Below, piece by piece: positions 41,661-56,167 of a stretch of 64,000 nt of DNA. A model generated the notes under the pieces. That model was not told where the DNA came from. It ran no database searches and saw only the letters and a program-made list of their open reading frames with translations. Source of the DNA: Octopus vulgaris. Lineage: Eukaryota. Each line of letters begins with the position of its first letter. Positions within the stretch are counted from its first letter, which is position 1. Location: the NCBI GenBank assembly GCA_951406725.2, contig OX597829.1, positions 8,308,001 through 8,372,000 on the forward strand. The letters are read 5' to 3'. The position numbers and the translations under genes were made by a program.

Positions 41661-42064
41661 TAGGAGTGGCTGTGCGGTAAGTAGCTTGCGTACCAACCAC
41701 ATATGGTTCCGGGTTGAATCCCACTGCGTGGCATCTGAGGCAGGTGTCTTCTACTACAGCCTCGGGCCGACCAAAGCCTTATGAGTGGATTTGGTAGACG
41801 GAAGCTGAAAGAAACCCGTTGTATATATATATATATACATATACATACATATATGTACGTATATGTTTGTGAGTTTATGTTTCTCTCCTCACCATCGCTT
41901 GACAACCGATGCTGGTGTGATTCCGTCACCGTAACCTAGCGGTTCGGCAAAAAATACTCATACAACAAGAACTAGGCTTACAAAGAATAATTTCAGGGGT
42001 CGATTTGTTCGAGTAAAGGTGGTGGTCCAGTATGGCCGCAGTCAAATGACTGAAACAAAAAAAG
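41661..42064 (+). mobile_element. SINE family A
   Basis: Colinear with 12663-13086. Confidence 0.88.
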
Positions 42065-42088
42065 ATGTACCTACCTACATTTATATAT

Positions 42089-42145
<57 letters not shown>

Positions 42146-42275
42146 TTATACATGTTTACATAAATATGTATACATATACACATATATTTGTAGATGGTAT
42201 ATATATATATTGACACACTTTCTGTGCCCTATCGGTATTTGCAAAGGGAAACCATCCTTCCCATCGTCGACCTGA

Positions 42276-42325
<50 letters not shown>

Positions 42326-42371
42326 TATATAATATATATTTAGGCACATGCGTGGCTGTATAATAAGAAGC

Positions 42372-43105
<734 letters not shown>

Positions 43106-43280
43106 ACAACAACCACATCTTTACGAATATTTATTTTGAACATGTATGTGTGTTCTGTGTCTGTGTTTGTTCTTCATCATCATTTGAGAACCGGTGTTGG
43201 CATATGTACGCCCACCACTACAAGTCGATGATCCAGCATGGCCACAGTCAAATGACTAAAACAAATAAAAGTGTAAAAGA

Positions 43281-43350
<70 letters not shown>

Positions 43351-43388
43351 TCTTTAGTTATTTTGTTACTTTTAATTTTCGATTTAGT

Positions 43389-43453
<65 letters not shown>

Positions 43454-44063
43454 ATCTATCTATCTATCTATCTATATACTTGTGTGTGTGTACGTATGTG
43501 CTGTTAAATATCTCAAATAAGTCAACAACATGGATGATAAACCAAAGAGCTGTTGCAGCATAGAATGACATATTGTGGATATATGCAAATTCTTAATTGG
43601 TCAAAGTAATCGGAAATCGTACTGCATTGGTTACAGGCTTACAAAGAGAAGCTGATCCTCATTGCACCTTGTCAGCATCGCAGAGTTAGGACAAGTTCAC
43701 TTGACCATTAGATTTTTTAAACATATTTAAAAAGTTACAAGACCGAGTTGATCATATGGAAGTAATTCAAATAAACCTATGGCACAGATTGATATATTCA
43801 TCTGGTTTTAGTATATTGAATTACATAAGCAATTAATTCTTAATGAAATGAAATTTGGAATTATTAATGAAACACTAGAATTAAATCTTAATTTTCATAA
43901 ATTATCCTGCATTTCCTTTTAAATTGTTCTTTGATTGGGAAATATATACAGAAATCTAGCACTCAACTTTTCACAAAATATCCCGCATCTTTCAGCATTG
44001 AATGCTTTTTTTTATTTAATTTACTAAGAATGTAAAAGTCATTGTTTTTCACTCCCTTTTCCT

Positions 44064-44090
<27 letters not shown>

Positions 44091-44095
<5 letters not shown>

Positions 44096-44390
44096 GGTTT
44101 GGAGATGATGTACAGGTATTTTCCTATGATCGTTTGCGCTTCATATTCTTATAGATGAACCACTTTTCGTACCCTTTCAAAAAACGTATTTTTCATACCC
44201 TTTCGTACTATCTTAAAAAAAAGCTCATTTTCTTCACGTTTCTGCAGTGAATCACAGATGGAAATCTTTCGGGTAAAGTTGTCCTCATTCAATTGATATG
44301 GGACCAAAATATCGAGCCTGCTGAGGAAAATGAGCTTTTGTTTTTTGAAGATAGTACGAAAGGTTACGAAAAATACGTTTTGTGAAATTG
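44091..44390 (-). mobile_element. Older inverted-repeat element with tail adjoining (TA)n
   Basis: Arms ~44176-44236 and ~44322-44387 (TTTCGTACTATCTT / AAGATAGTACGAAA; AAGCTCATTTTC / GAAAATGAGCTT). Confidence 0.65.
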
Positions 44391-44479
44391 ATACAGATGG
44401 ATTTCCTTACTCGATTCAGGTATTTTGAAAACAACTGTGATCATCCCAGTCATATAATGAGGCTTGGTGTTGACTAACT

Positions 44480-44685
44480 CCATTTTAATCTCAGGTGGCT
44501 AACCAGAGCGACGGAAAAATTTTCCGATCGAAATCTTGAAAATCACTTCTGGCACACACTCCGTAATGGCATCCTCTCCTTTCACCACGCATATGTTCCT
44601 GCAGGTTTTCAGAGCTTTCCTTGCCTTCTTTAGAATAAAAAAGCACGAGGTATCTATAATGTTAATTCTGCCTCGTCATTTTCAA
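44480..44685 (-). mobile_element. Mariner transposase N-terminal (HTH) remnant
   Basis: Manual translation HYRYLVLFYSKEGK..TCRNICVVKGEDAITE..QK*FSRFRSENFS..SG.PPEI. Confidence 0.6.
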
Positions 44686-46924
44686 GGTGATCTCAAGGTG
44701 ATGATGCGAAAGGCACAGATTGAGGTTAGCTACTTAGAATGCTTGAAATTTAGTAACGACTAAAACCGATCAGACTTTTTACCCAACCCAATACTTGCTC
44801 AATACTCTTTACTCAATATCATGATCCACATGCTTGGCTATTCTAGAAACAGCTGTAAGAGATTTGTTTGTATTCTCTGATTAAGTTAAATGTTTTTCGA
44901 GTTATGCTAAATGTTTTGCTTTCTTATTTTCTGTTTTAATCTATCTGTCTATCTATTTATTTATCTGTCTATCTATGTCTGTATTCCTCTCTCTCCCTCT
45001 CTCTATATATGCCTCTGTGTGTGTATATGTATGCATATATATATATATGATATGCCTCTGTGTGTGAGTATACACACATATGATGAATATACGTGTGTAT
45101 ATAAGGAAGCGAAATGTTCGTGCTTATAACAATTGTGACACTGGTTTACTAAAGAAAATATTCGTAGATTACTTTTCTTATTTGTTCCTCAAGTCTACAT
45201 TGATCGCAACCTTACCGACAATCCTTCGTGTGTGGTCCTTTCAGGAATTTTAATATCATTTCTTATAACTTAGTAACAGAGTTATCTTTCTCTTATTTTA
45301 TTGATAAACGAATTCTGATAGATTTATAGTGATTAAATACAGCAACTGTTAGCTTTCTCTTTATCGACTATAATAACTATTACTACACCTATATTTATTA
45401 ATTACACAGATGTAATACAATAATAATATATGTAATTTCGTACTTATATATACACGTGTTCTGAAAAATGGGTGCTTATGCGTATCCCCACTTGGCAACC
45501 TTCGCACCAACCAATCCCATATGATATAAGGATTAATGAAAACATCGTAACGCGTGAAAACATCCCTTGCTGTGTCTCTAGGTCGTCGATCGATCTGATT
45601 AATATAGCAACAAAATTTCCATTGGATCACAGTTTTCGGTCTTGAAAACCAAAGAACTCGCCTGGCTGTATGGTCTTAGATACATAAAAGACAGGATTGT
45701 CATAGCTAGCATGATTTTTAAGCACAATTCTCTCTCAAGATGGAGATAGGCATAAACACTACCAATAACAACATTAGCAATAATAATAACAACAGTAAGA
45801 GCTCCATCATTCCAAGAGTGTAATGTTCCCCCTTTCTGGAAATGTCCAAGACTTTTACCATTGGTAATTATGAAATACACAATGGAAGTATAGAATTAAC
45901 GGACAAAAAACTTATTTAGGATTTGCACCAGCTATTGTTCTTTTTGTTGTTAGTCCTGATCCAGTGTATCCTGATGCACCGTGACCATCACATTTGATTA
46001 ATCGGACATTATATCCTGGATTGCATCATCTAACATATCTTTGGTCGTTTAGATTTAACTGCTTTTTCTAAGAAGTCGAACGGCCAAATAACAGTTATCG
46101 GTGTTAACTTGTTTGACGTCAGTTTTTTAAGTATCGCAGTTGTCGCAATGCTTTAGTGACAATAAAACATTCAGCAAATTGTTGAAATTGTCACATTGAT
46201 AAAAATATTTCTGGAAAAATGAAATAAAAATATATAGTTATTAGACATCATAGAGAAAATTAATAACTATTTATTTCAAAAATATGTCACAAACTGTGAT
46301 AAAGAGGAAGTGCTAATAGCGAAGATGTTTCGCCTGATTGTCACACATTTATACTTCTGGAAGGAGTCAATTACAGCCGATTAAACTGATACACGTACTT
46401 TAGTGATACTTATCGAAATTTGGGAGAAAAAGTCATGGAAGAAATAGTAACAGAATAAGCTGCACAAAATAGTTTTTAAAAACGTCGCAGGAAAACTTTA
46501 GTAAATGGCCAATTTAATTTTGTGTTTCATTGTTTTGCTTAAGATATGTAAAACGACTTTTTTTTTTACTACAGACATGCAAATGAAATTATGTAAATTA
46601 TGTGTAAGTCATATATTATTTGTAAAATAAAAGGTTATCACTGTTATTTATTTTATTACTTTAAATATTATTTATGGTATTCAAATGAAGTCTGACATTT
46701 TACCGTGTTTTTTTTTTAGACCTAATTAGGATTATATATTTTTTTGTTTGAATATTTTCTCTTGTGACGATATTTCTCTTTCTCACTGTTTTGATCTGAG
46801 AATAATAACTGAAAGGATGTTTTTAAGTAAAATCTTTATTAACAGCATTAATGCATTAATGTCTCTTGGAAAACCTTAATTTTAAAATTACTTTAATTAC
46901 ATACATACCTACCTCTGTGTGTGT

Positions 46925-46988
<64 letters not shown>

Positions 46989-47181
46989 ATGTCTGTGAGT
47001 AATATTTCGAACTAGTGAGTATTTCAATACTGATGTATTGAGTAGAGCAGTTTGGGCTACCTAATGTCATCCGCAGTTGGGGTATATTTCCGGTGGATCC
47101 ACTTCAGGAATTCCGCAGTGTTAGTTGAGATAATAATCGATTAAAGAAACAGAAGATGGAATTGGTATAACTCTTTATTTC

Positions 47182-47269
47182 GTACGACGATCATTTCGAC
47201 CCATCCTGCGACTGTCATTAATGGGTGGGATGCTGTGCATCATATTGCAATCTGAGTCACATCAGGTAC
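47182..47269 (-). ncRNA. Hammerhead-like motif, slightly decayed
   Basis: Minus GTAC-CTGATGT-GACTCA..TGGGTC-GAAA-TGATCG-TC-GTAC, then AATAAA. Confidence 0.65.
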
Positions 47270-48680
47270 ATTCATAGATAAAGTGGCGTCTCGCTAAAGA
47301 TCTTGACTTTGGGCGGTTGCGTTATTTTCCCGCTTCAGTTAGGGAATGGGGCATTGGTACAATTGTCCTTATTTGTAAATATCCATAACAGATAATAGTA
47401 AATACTTGTAAATATAAACATATAAACTGTAAACAAGAAAGAAAGAAAAAACAAAAAAAAAATTATCAAGGAAAAGTAAATGTGAGAAGGAAAGACAGAT
47501 ATATAGATGCACATATATATGCGTGATCAGGTGTGAGCGATTAAGTGAGTGCGTTTATGTCTGTTTGTGAGTACGTGTGTTTATAATAATATCACAAATT
47601 AAAATATATTTCATTGAGTTGTTTTTCATATTTCTCGTTTGGTTGTAATGAAAAGTATTTCAAATTAGGTATGTAAATTCAGAGATTCTAAAAAATTTGA
47701 ACACGTGTTATACATACTACAGCATTTAATACATTAAAGATATAAGAAGGTATTCTAACACTAGGTTAAATTTGAAAGTGACAGAGGGGAAAAATTGGAA
47801 AAATAAAAAATAAAACAACAAAAAACCCCACAAACTATGTTTGGTAAAAAAAGAAAAGAAAAAAGAAAAGACAGAAACAGAAATACTTATTCATAAATTA
47901 AGAGGAAAGAATGACGAAATATCCGTCAGCATAAAGAGAATATAGAGAGCGGGACGTATCGAAACCTGGACTGATTGAATCGAATGCTTAGCACAACTTG
48001 AGCCCCAAACCATATCTAAAGAAGATAATTTTCTAGATGCAGTTAGGTGTAAGTTTTCTGTTTGCATTATTTGGTTGCCATGGGTAAAAATGGCATTGTG
48101 TTAAAGGCCAAAATTTTAGCTTTCATTTGCATAATCAACCGTGAAAATATACCAGAAAAAAGTATCAAATTTCACAAAATTTCAAGTAATTTTTGAATTA
48201 TTTTTGTGATTTTACATGCACGCGTAAAAGTGCAATAATTTTGTCGACTTGGCCGCGGCCAAGCTTGCTTTGGTTATCGATTTTTTTCTCCCCTTAATCC
48301 TTTCATATTTTTCTACCAATTTGTATTCTGAATTTTTTTATGCTATTTAACATGTAGTTAGAATAGATTTTTATAATTAAAACCAATTTTGATGTCTTCC
48401 TGACTCAATTGTTTGGGGGTTGAAGATAAGGCTACAGAAGGCTTCTTTCTAATCGCGGGTACACGTAGGTCTTTTGGAGTGGTCATTAGCATCGCGCAGC
48501 GATGCCATCAGCTATGGAAATGATGAGAAGGAGTGGAAGAAGAGAAAGAAGAACAAAAAGATAAAGACGAAGAAAAAATATTAAAAAATAAGAAAAAGAA
48601 AGAAGAGAACAATAAAAAGTAACTAGGCAAAGAAGACGAACAAAAGAAGAAAGGGAAAAGGAGACAATACCACCACCAAA

Positions 48681-48711
48681 ACCCGAGCGAAGCACGGGTC
48701 AAAATAGCTAG
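48681..48711 (+). mobile_element. Helitron-type 3' end (similar one at 21354-21385)
   Basis: Hairpin ACCCGAGCGAAGCACGGGT followed by CTAG|T; 5' end not located. Confidence 0.5.
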
Positions 48712-48760
48712 TCTAATCTATAAAAATACAAATCAATAATGTTTCATATATCATCAATAT

Positions 48761-49462
48761 GATGGCTGCCCCCTTGTTATCGAGTATGGCCATTGCACGA
48801 AGCTTAACTATTATTGGTACTGTGATCGAATGTGATTTTTTAGCCGAGCCAAAGATCTACAATGTCTTGTACAGAATTGGCAGCTAAAACCTTTACCGGT
48901 AATAGCCAGCTGTAGTTGTAACTGGGCTTCATGTATCTTTGCATGTCGTCTAAGTCCTCCTGCCGAATTACACTCTCTTCCACATGCCCGACAGATATGA
49001 TTAGTATGGTGTGTTACACCACCACCAGTTGCCAGGTTGTCACTCATCTGTCTCGTTTTATGACTACGAAGATGACTCATGAGTCCAGCTTTACTGAGGC
49101 AGAGTCTTGCACAGACACTGCATGTCAGCATCATAGGAAGACCCTTCCCATCTGGAAGTGTAACAGCGATGTCCTTCCTGACATTCCTCCTTACTTTCTC
49201 ATGCGCAACTCGAGATTTCTCAAAAGTAGCTGTTCCCTCGTGCACAACTTTCTCCACCTGCTACGATCAATAGCTATGCCCTCCCATGTGTCAGGAGAGA
49301 TGCAAGCATCTCTTAAGGAAGCCTTCAGCAAGTCCTTATACCTCTTTTGGTTTATGTGGAGGTCGTTCTCCTTTAGCTAACTCTCCATAATAGAGTTGTT
49401 TTGGCATCCTTGAATCCTTCATCCTGACCTGATGACCACTCCATCTGAGACTTTGCTTTAAC
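48761..49462 (-). mobile_element. RTE LINE 3' segment with C-terminal C2H2 zinc fingers
   Basis: LRWSGHQVRMKDSRMPKQLYYGEL..KRYKDLLKASL..WEGIAIDRSRWR, then three Cx2Cx12Hx3H/Q motifs. Confidence 0.9.
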
Positions 49463-51615
49463 ACTATGTGCTATACTGATGACGAAAAAATTTCTTTCTA
49501 CCATGCTTTGGAGGGCATTATAAGAAATATCCCTCGGGCAGACAAAGTCATCGTACTGGGTGACTTTAATGCTAGAGTGGGTAGGGATTTTAACACACGG
49601 ACTGTAATTGGAAAGCATGGGGTGGGGAAGTGTAATAGTAATGGCATGCTTTTGCTGCAGATGTGTGAGGAGCTGAGTCTGTGTGTTACCAATACCATGT
49701 TTCAACGAAAGAATAAGTTTAAGACCACATGGATGCACACAGCATCTAAAGAATGGCATATTCTGGATTACATCCTTGTTAGGGTGCGTGACAGACAGGA
49801 TGTGCAGTGTGTTCGTGTTCTTCGTGGAGCTGAGTGTTGGACTGACCACCGCCTAGTACGTGCAAAAGTGAAATTAGTCACAAAACATAAAATCCGAACT
49901 GCAGGGATTACCCTGCCTAAAAGACTGAATGTTGATCGTCTTAGGTGTAATAGTGTGAAGAGAACTTTACGAGAGGAAATGAATGCTGCAGATATTGGGG
50001 AGGATTGGCCGATCCTTAAAAAGTTAGTTTATGATATAGGCAAGAAAGTTCTGGGATTGATACAAAGAAAGCATCAAGTTTGGTTTAAAGAAAATGAACA
50101 TATAGATGATTTACTGGCTGATAAAAGACGTACTTTGTCATGCTATTTGTCAGCAAAGCCACAGGAAAGGGAAGTGTTGCATTGGGAACTCAAGGATGTA
50201 AAATCACGTGTGAGGCAAAGACTCTCTCAGTTGAGGGATACGTGGTGGTGTAAGAGGGCTGATGAGATACAGGTGGCGACGGATTCTAGTAACACAAAGA
50301 TGTTGTATGGTCTTTTGCGAGAAGTTTATGGACTGACGTCTTCTCTGATGACACTACTTCGATGCAGGGATGGTAAAGAACTTCTTCGTGATTCACAAGG
50401 AATTCTGCGAAGGTGGCACGAACACTTTGATGAACTTTTGAATCAGCAGTCTGTAGTTAGTGAGGATGTTTTCAATCTCATCCCTGGATTACCTGTGAAG
50501 GCAGCACTTGCAGAACCTCCAAAGCTGGAAGAAGTTGCAGTGGCTGTCTCAAGGTTAAATAATGCGAAGTCTCCGTGTATGGATGACATACATGCGGAGT
50601 TGTTACAGCATGATGGTGAGAAACTTCTGTAGAAACTTCACTCTTTGTTTGGTAAGGTATGGATTAGCGAATCTGTACCTGAGGAATGGAGAGATACAGT
50701 AATGGTGGTCTTGTATAAGGGAAAGGGCAACAGGAATGATTATGGTAATTATAGGAGAGTATCATTGCTTTCTGTCGTAGGAAAGATTTTATGCAGGATA
50801 CTTCTGGATCGTCTGCTGAAACACGTTGCAGATTGTGTTCTTCCACAAAAGTCAATCTGGCTTTCGTGTGGGACGTGGCACTGTTGATATGATCTTTTCA
50901 GCTAGACAGCTTCAGGAGAAGTGTGTGGAACAAGATCTGGATTTGTATCAAGTTTTTGTCGATCTGACAAAAGCCTTTGATACCGTTAATAGAAAATCAT
51001 TTTGGGAAGTCCTCCAGAAACTTGGGTGTCCTGAAAATTCCTTGCTTTGGTTGGGTCTTTTCATGAAGACATGAAGGGTAGGGTTAATGTTAGAGGGAAA
51101 ATGTCGGTGCCCATTTCAATACAAAATGGAGTGAAACAAGGGAATATTCTGGCACCGACCCTATTTGCCATATATTTTGCGATGGGGTTCTGTATTGCAT
51201 TCAGAAACTGCAGCATGGTGTTTACATCCATTATCGAACCTCTGTCAGCATATTTAATATCAGGCGCTTTGCTGCAAAAACAAAGGTATTTACCTCTATC
51301 ATAAGAGACCTTTGGTATGTAGATAATTGTGAGCTAGTAGCACACACAGAGATTGATATGCAACACATTTTGAATGCATTCTCTGATGCTTGCACTGCCT
51401 TAGGATTGGCAGTCAATCTCAAGAAAACTGTTGTCATGTACCAACCTGCCCCTGGTAAGCAGTATAGTGTACCAAAGATCAATGTGTATGGTAAACGGCT
51501 TGATGCAGTTGATCAGTTTGTCTACCTGGGAAGCACTATTAATAGATATAGCAATTTGGATGATGAAATTCCATTTAGAATTAGGATAGCAAGTGTTGCT
51601 TTTGGAAGGCTAGAA
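49463..51615 (+). pseudogene. RTE LINE ORF (APE endonuclease plus reverse transcriptase), disrupted, inverted relative to its 3' segment
   Basis: VLGDFNARVG, HILDYILV, TDHRLV (APE); YRRVSLLS, QSGFR, FVDLTKAFDTV, GVKQGNILAP, YVDN in place of YADD, FVYLGS (RT); stops and frameshifts. Confidence 0.93.
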
Positions 51616-51626
51616 ATGCTCCATCA

Positions 51627-51700
<74 letters not shown>

Positions 51701-51711
51701 CACATACCTAT

Positions 51712-51895
51712 GTTCTTTTACTTGTTTCAGTCATTTTGACTGTGACCATGCTGGAGCACCGCCTTTTGGTCGAAGATATCGACCCCTGGACTTATTCTTT
51801 GTAAGCTTGGTACTTATTCTATCTGCTAAATTACGGGGACGTAAACGCACCAACATCGGTTGTCAAGATCGGTGGACAAACACATAAACATACAC

Positions 51896-51936
<41 letters not shown>

Positions 51937-52700
51937 AGGGATGACCAGTAAGTGGACATCCATTATGCTAGAGGTAGACCCCATATGGTCTGACCACTAA
52001 AAAAAGATTGTTCTCAAGAAAATTAGGCAAACGCGAAAACGTAAGCGAGCAAGACAAATGAAAAGATACAAAATATAAAGATTAATCAAAATATAACCCC
52101 AAATGTAATTGGTAGAACTATATGCATGTTCAATCTCATGCAGATATCCCGTGTATAGTTCTGCAAATTATATTTTACTATGACGATCACACTGATGAAC
52201 TGCGGGCATTTACGTATATAATTATGTAAGTGTTAACAATGAGATTGGGTTTGTGATTAATCTTTATATTTTGTATCTTTTCATTTGTCTTGCTCTCTTA
52301 CGTCCTGGCGTTTGCTGAATTTTCTTGAGAACAATCTTTTCTTACTGGTGAGACCATATGGGGTCTACCTCTAGCATAATAGTTGTCCACTTAGTGGTCA
52401 TCCCACATATATGTACGTAATATAATTTTTCTGAATCTTCAGATTTTTCAATATGCTGGGCCACTAGTTTTAAATTGATATTCATCAAATTAATATTCAA
52501 TTTTTCATCCTTATATTTAAATTTATATATATATACGACGTGCTTCTTTTCAGTTTCCGTCAACCCAATGCACTCACGAGGTTTTGGTCGGCCCGAGGTT
52601 ATAGTAGAAGACACTTGCGCAAGGTGCTACGCAGTGGGAATGAAACCCAAACCATATGGTTGGGAAGCAAGCTTCATACCTCACAACGACGCCTGCACCT
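51712..52700 (-). mobile_element. SINE family A split by an insertion in its internal microsatellite
   Basis: 3' half at 51712-51895 and 5' half at 52535-52700, both on the minus strand and in the correct order. Confidence 0.8.
51935..52523 (+). mobile_element. Inverted-repeat element (~150 bp arms, ~165 bp spacer, ~120 bp tail)
   Basis: 51938-52088 pairs with 52254-52404; CTGATGA at 52192 in the spacer; TA flanks. Confidence 0.85.
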
Positions 52701-52771
52701 ACATACACACACACACACACACACGTACACACACACACACACACACACGCACACATGCAAGCGCGTATGTA

Positions 52772-52805
<34 letters not shown>

Positions 52806-52941
52806 TACACGTATTAGACACTTTCCACGCTATTGATTCTTTCTGTTTTTTCTTCTTATACCGTATGCTGCTATCCATCTATACGTGGGTGTGCGAACAT
52901 GTCTGTGTGCATATGTCTGTGTATGTACACATATATACCGA

Positions 52942-53138
<197 letters not shown>

Positions 53139-53729
53139 GTCTGTCTGTCTATTTATATACATGTATAAGTGTGTGTGTGTGTGTGTGTTGGACCCAATAC
53201 TCCTCGACTGAGTCTTAGTTATGCCGTCGTGACATACAGCGTGTCCTGTACATGTTTAGACATGATGTGGCCCATCCCTCTTTCGGCTTGACCGTAGCCA
53301 ATTTCTTCCTGGTGTAGAGTTATACAGACAGAGAACAAAAGCAAGAGAAGTTGAATTGACTAGAGTACAGGACAAGTAATTTATTTATCGACCCAACAAA
53401 TCTGTTGCAGATTTCAATTCAGAGCCTGATGAGACAGAAAGATTGTTATATTTGAAACTAAAAAAAATTTGTCAATGAGATTTATACATACATTCTTACT
53501 TACATACATACACATACATGTATGTATGCATATACTTATATGTATGTGTGTGTGTGTATATGTATATATGCGTGTGTATGTGTCTGTGTTTGTATATATG
53601 AATGTGTGTGTGTACGTATGAGTGTGTTTATAATACAAATATACATTTGCTGTATGAAGTTTGATCCAGCCTGGGCTGTCCACAACTGTCTCGAATTTCA
53701 ATCTTGTTTAGGCGCATGCAAAACCACAT

Positions 53730-53897
53730 ATATATCTATCTATGACATTTCTGTGCACGATCCCTATTGATCGTTTTTTTTTCGATCCCCTTTGATCGAA
53801 AACCTACCTCTCCTTTTTTATTCTCCCCTAAAAGAAAAGCTCTACTTTGTAATTTGTCCCTTGTGTGTTCAGCCCTGTGTGGCTAATAAAGAAACAT
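53730..53897 (+). mobile_element. Retroelement 3' end followed by (TATC)n
   Basis: Ends TTGTCCCTTGTGTGTTCAGCCCTGTGTGGCTAATAAAGAAA, similar to the family B tail at ~63212-63253. Confidence 0.5.
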
Positions 53898-53906
53898 ATC
53901 TATCTA

Positions 53907-54054
<148 letters not shown>

Positions 54055-54368
54055 CCTGTCTATCTATATACATATACACACACGTATATATGTATTTGTA
54101 TGTATATATATATATGTATATATATATATATGTTTATCAAAATGTACACAGATAGCTTTTATCGAGGGAAGAGCATAAGATATATTCATTACTATAATTA
54201 CTATTTAATTTTTGCATTTATTTTATATCCGCTAGTTCTGTTCAATATTTTCCGGAAAGTAGTTTAATGACAACACTAATGAAATGGCTTTATACCAAAT
54301 TATTTTAATCGTGATTACCAACAATTACTAATGGAACAGTACGAAATGTTATGCCCAAATAGATGTCC

Positions 54369-54450
<82 letters not shown>

Positions 54451-55778
54451 GGGGAAAGAAAAGAAGAGTGATGGAGAGGGGGAGAGAGAGAAGGAAAGAG
54501 AAAAGGAGATAGAAAGGGATATTCACATATTCATACATACAAAAATCATGGAAACATATATAAACTTATATGATTTCATACCTGACATGCACACACACGC
54601 ATGAAATGTGAGCGTGCATATATATTTGTTTCAGAGACTTTATGTGTATATACAGGCATTTGTAAATATATATATACATAGATCTGTTTATATGTGTATG
54701 TATATATACATCAAGGCAGTATTACAATTATATCTTTATGCATTTCTCAATAGTATTGTAGTATTCATCATTTTGCTATATCTATCACACAAGATGCGAT
54801 ACATCTTACAATACATCTGTATGTCTAGCCGCATATATAATGTAATTTCAAGAATACCTTCCGTAGTATTGAGAGGAAACCATCTTCATAAAAATCAATA
54901 AGAAATGATTTCCCACTTAAATACGATGGCAATGATATGAAATGAAAGTTGATTTTAATTAACAGGGAGTGGCAACTCCCATGAACTTTGCGAACTAATA
55001 ATATCGTTTTCTTGTTGTTGTTGTTGTTGTAGATTTTATTGCTGTTTAATCCCCATATCGGCCATACATTTATGTAGTTGCCTTTCTATCTACGTTGTAT
55101 ATCCATCTTTCCCCTTATTTTGTGAAAGTGGCTTTGTCTTAAAACTTCTAGGAGGATATATATATATATATAATTCTAAAATGAAATGAAATAAAATAAA
55201 GTAAAATGAATAAAACCGAATGGGATTTTTTAATTACGGTGTCTGAAACGTAAGAGTGAGTATGATGGGAGAAGTGACCTTACACATTTAAAGAGAAGTC
55301 CAACGTTTTGTATCTTTATGATACATACTTTTCTTACTCGCAATTATTTGTGTGTGATTTCCATGTCAGTCATATACTGTGAAAATGCTGTGTTGAACGT
55401 CTAGGTCAAATGATATTTTCTTTGGAATGTCTAGTCATTGAATGCTGTTCAAACAGGCAGAAGGGTCGTATCCCCAGTGCAGTATGCACTCAAGATATCT
55501 GTTAATAGATTTACTTTGAAAGGTAGAGCTGATTGCAATAGTAAACTGAACTCTAATCACGTTTGTTAAAGTCTGCTTTGCTTTTTTTTAAATAACTGAT
55601 AGAGGGCTGAAGTTATAACGCAAGGAAAGAGAGTAACTGATATACTTTGATGACAGGTGAAAAAGTCCTGTAGGTAGAAAGATGGGCTTACATTGTAGTC
55701 GCTAATATTACAGATGTGAAGTAAGTTGTAAACTACATGGATTTGGCGGCCTGTTTCTTTATTTTTCTTTTCACATAA

Positions 55779-56167
55779 TCTTATATATAAAGCTGAAGTT
55801 GTCTGTGTATGGCAGCTTTGATAGCCTTCAACTAACACTATCTCCTCCGAGACCCTGTGGTGCAAGTTGACCAAAATTGAAAGTATGATAGAAGAAGGCT
55901 TGTTCTTCATTTCGTAGAAGATAAAATTCAAATCGGACCATGTTAACACAAAAAATTATTTACATCAAAAAGGTGCTTTTTTTCTATGAAAATCCCTATT
56001 TTTTACGATACTTTGACTGCTGTGTCGCCATTTTTCGGTGTATTTCAACCAGAAAAATGTTCACTTAAAGAGAATAACAAGCTACATAATGCAAAATTTT
56101 TACTTTTCAAAAATTCCAATTCTAAAGGGTCGAAACAAACCCGAGCAACGCCGGGCGATACTGCTAG
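55779..56167 (+). mobile_element. Non-autonomous Helitron
   Basis: A|TCTTATATATAAAG start; hairpin CCCGAGCAACGCCGGG; CTAG|T end. Confidence 0.75.

Noticed and set aside
44470-44730. Apparent branch point and acceptor (GACTAAC..CTCAG) for a plus-strand exon
   Set aside because: All frames stop early, and the minus strand is better explained as a mariner remnant.
48811-49257. Host C2H2 zinc-finger gene
   Set aside because: Contiguous with RTE C-terminal motifs, so it is part of the LINE.
53420-53450. CTGATGA..GAAA hammerhead candidate (also 5563-5572)
   Set aside because: No stem II or stem I pairing possible.
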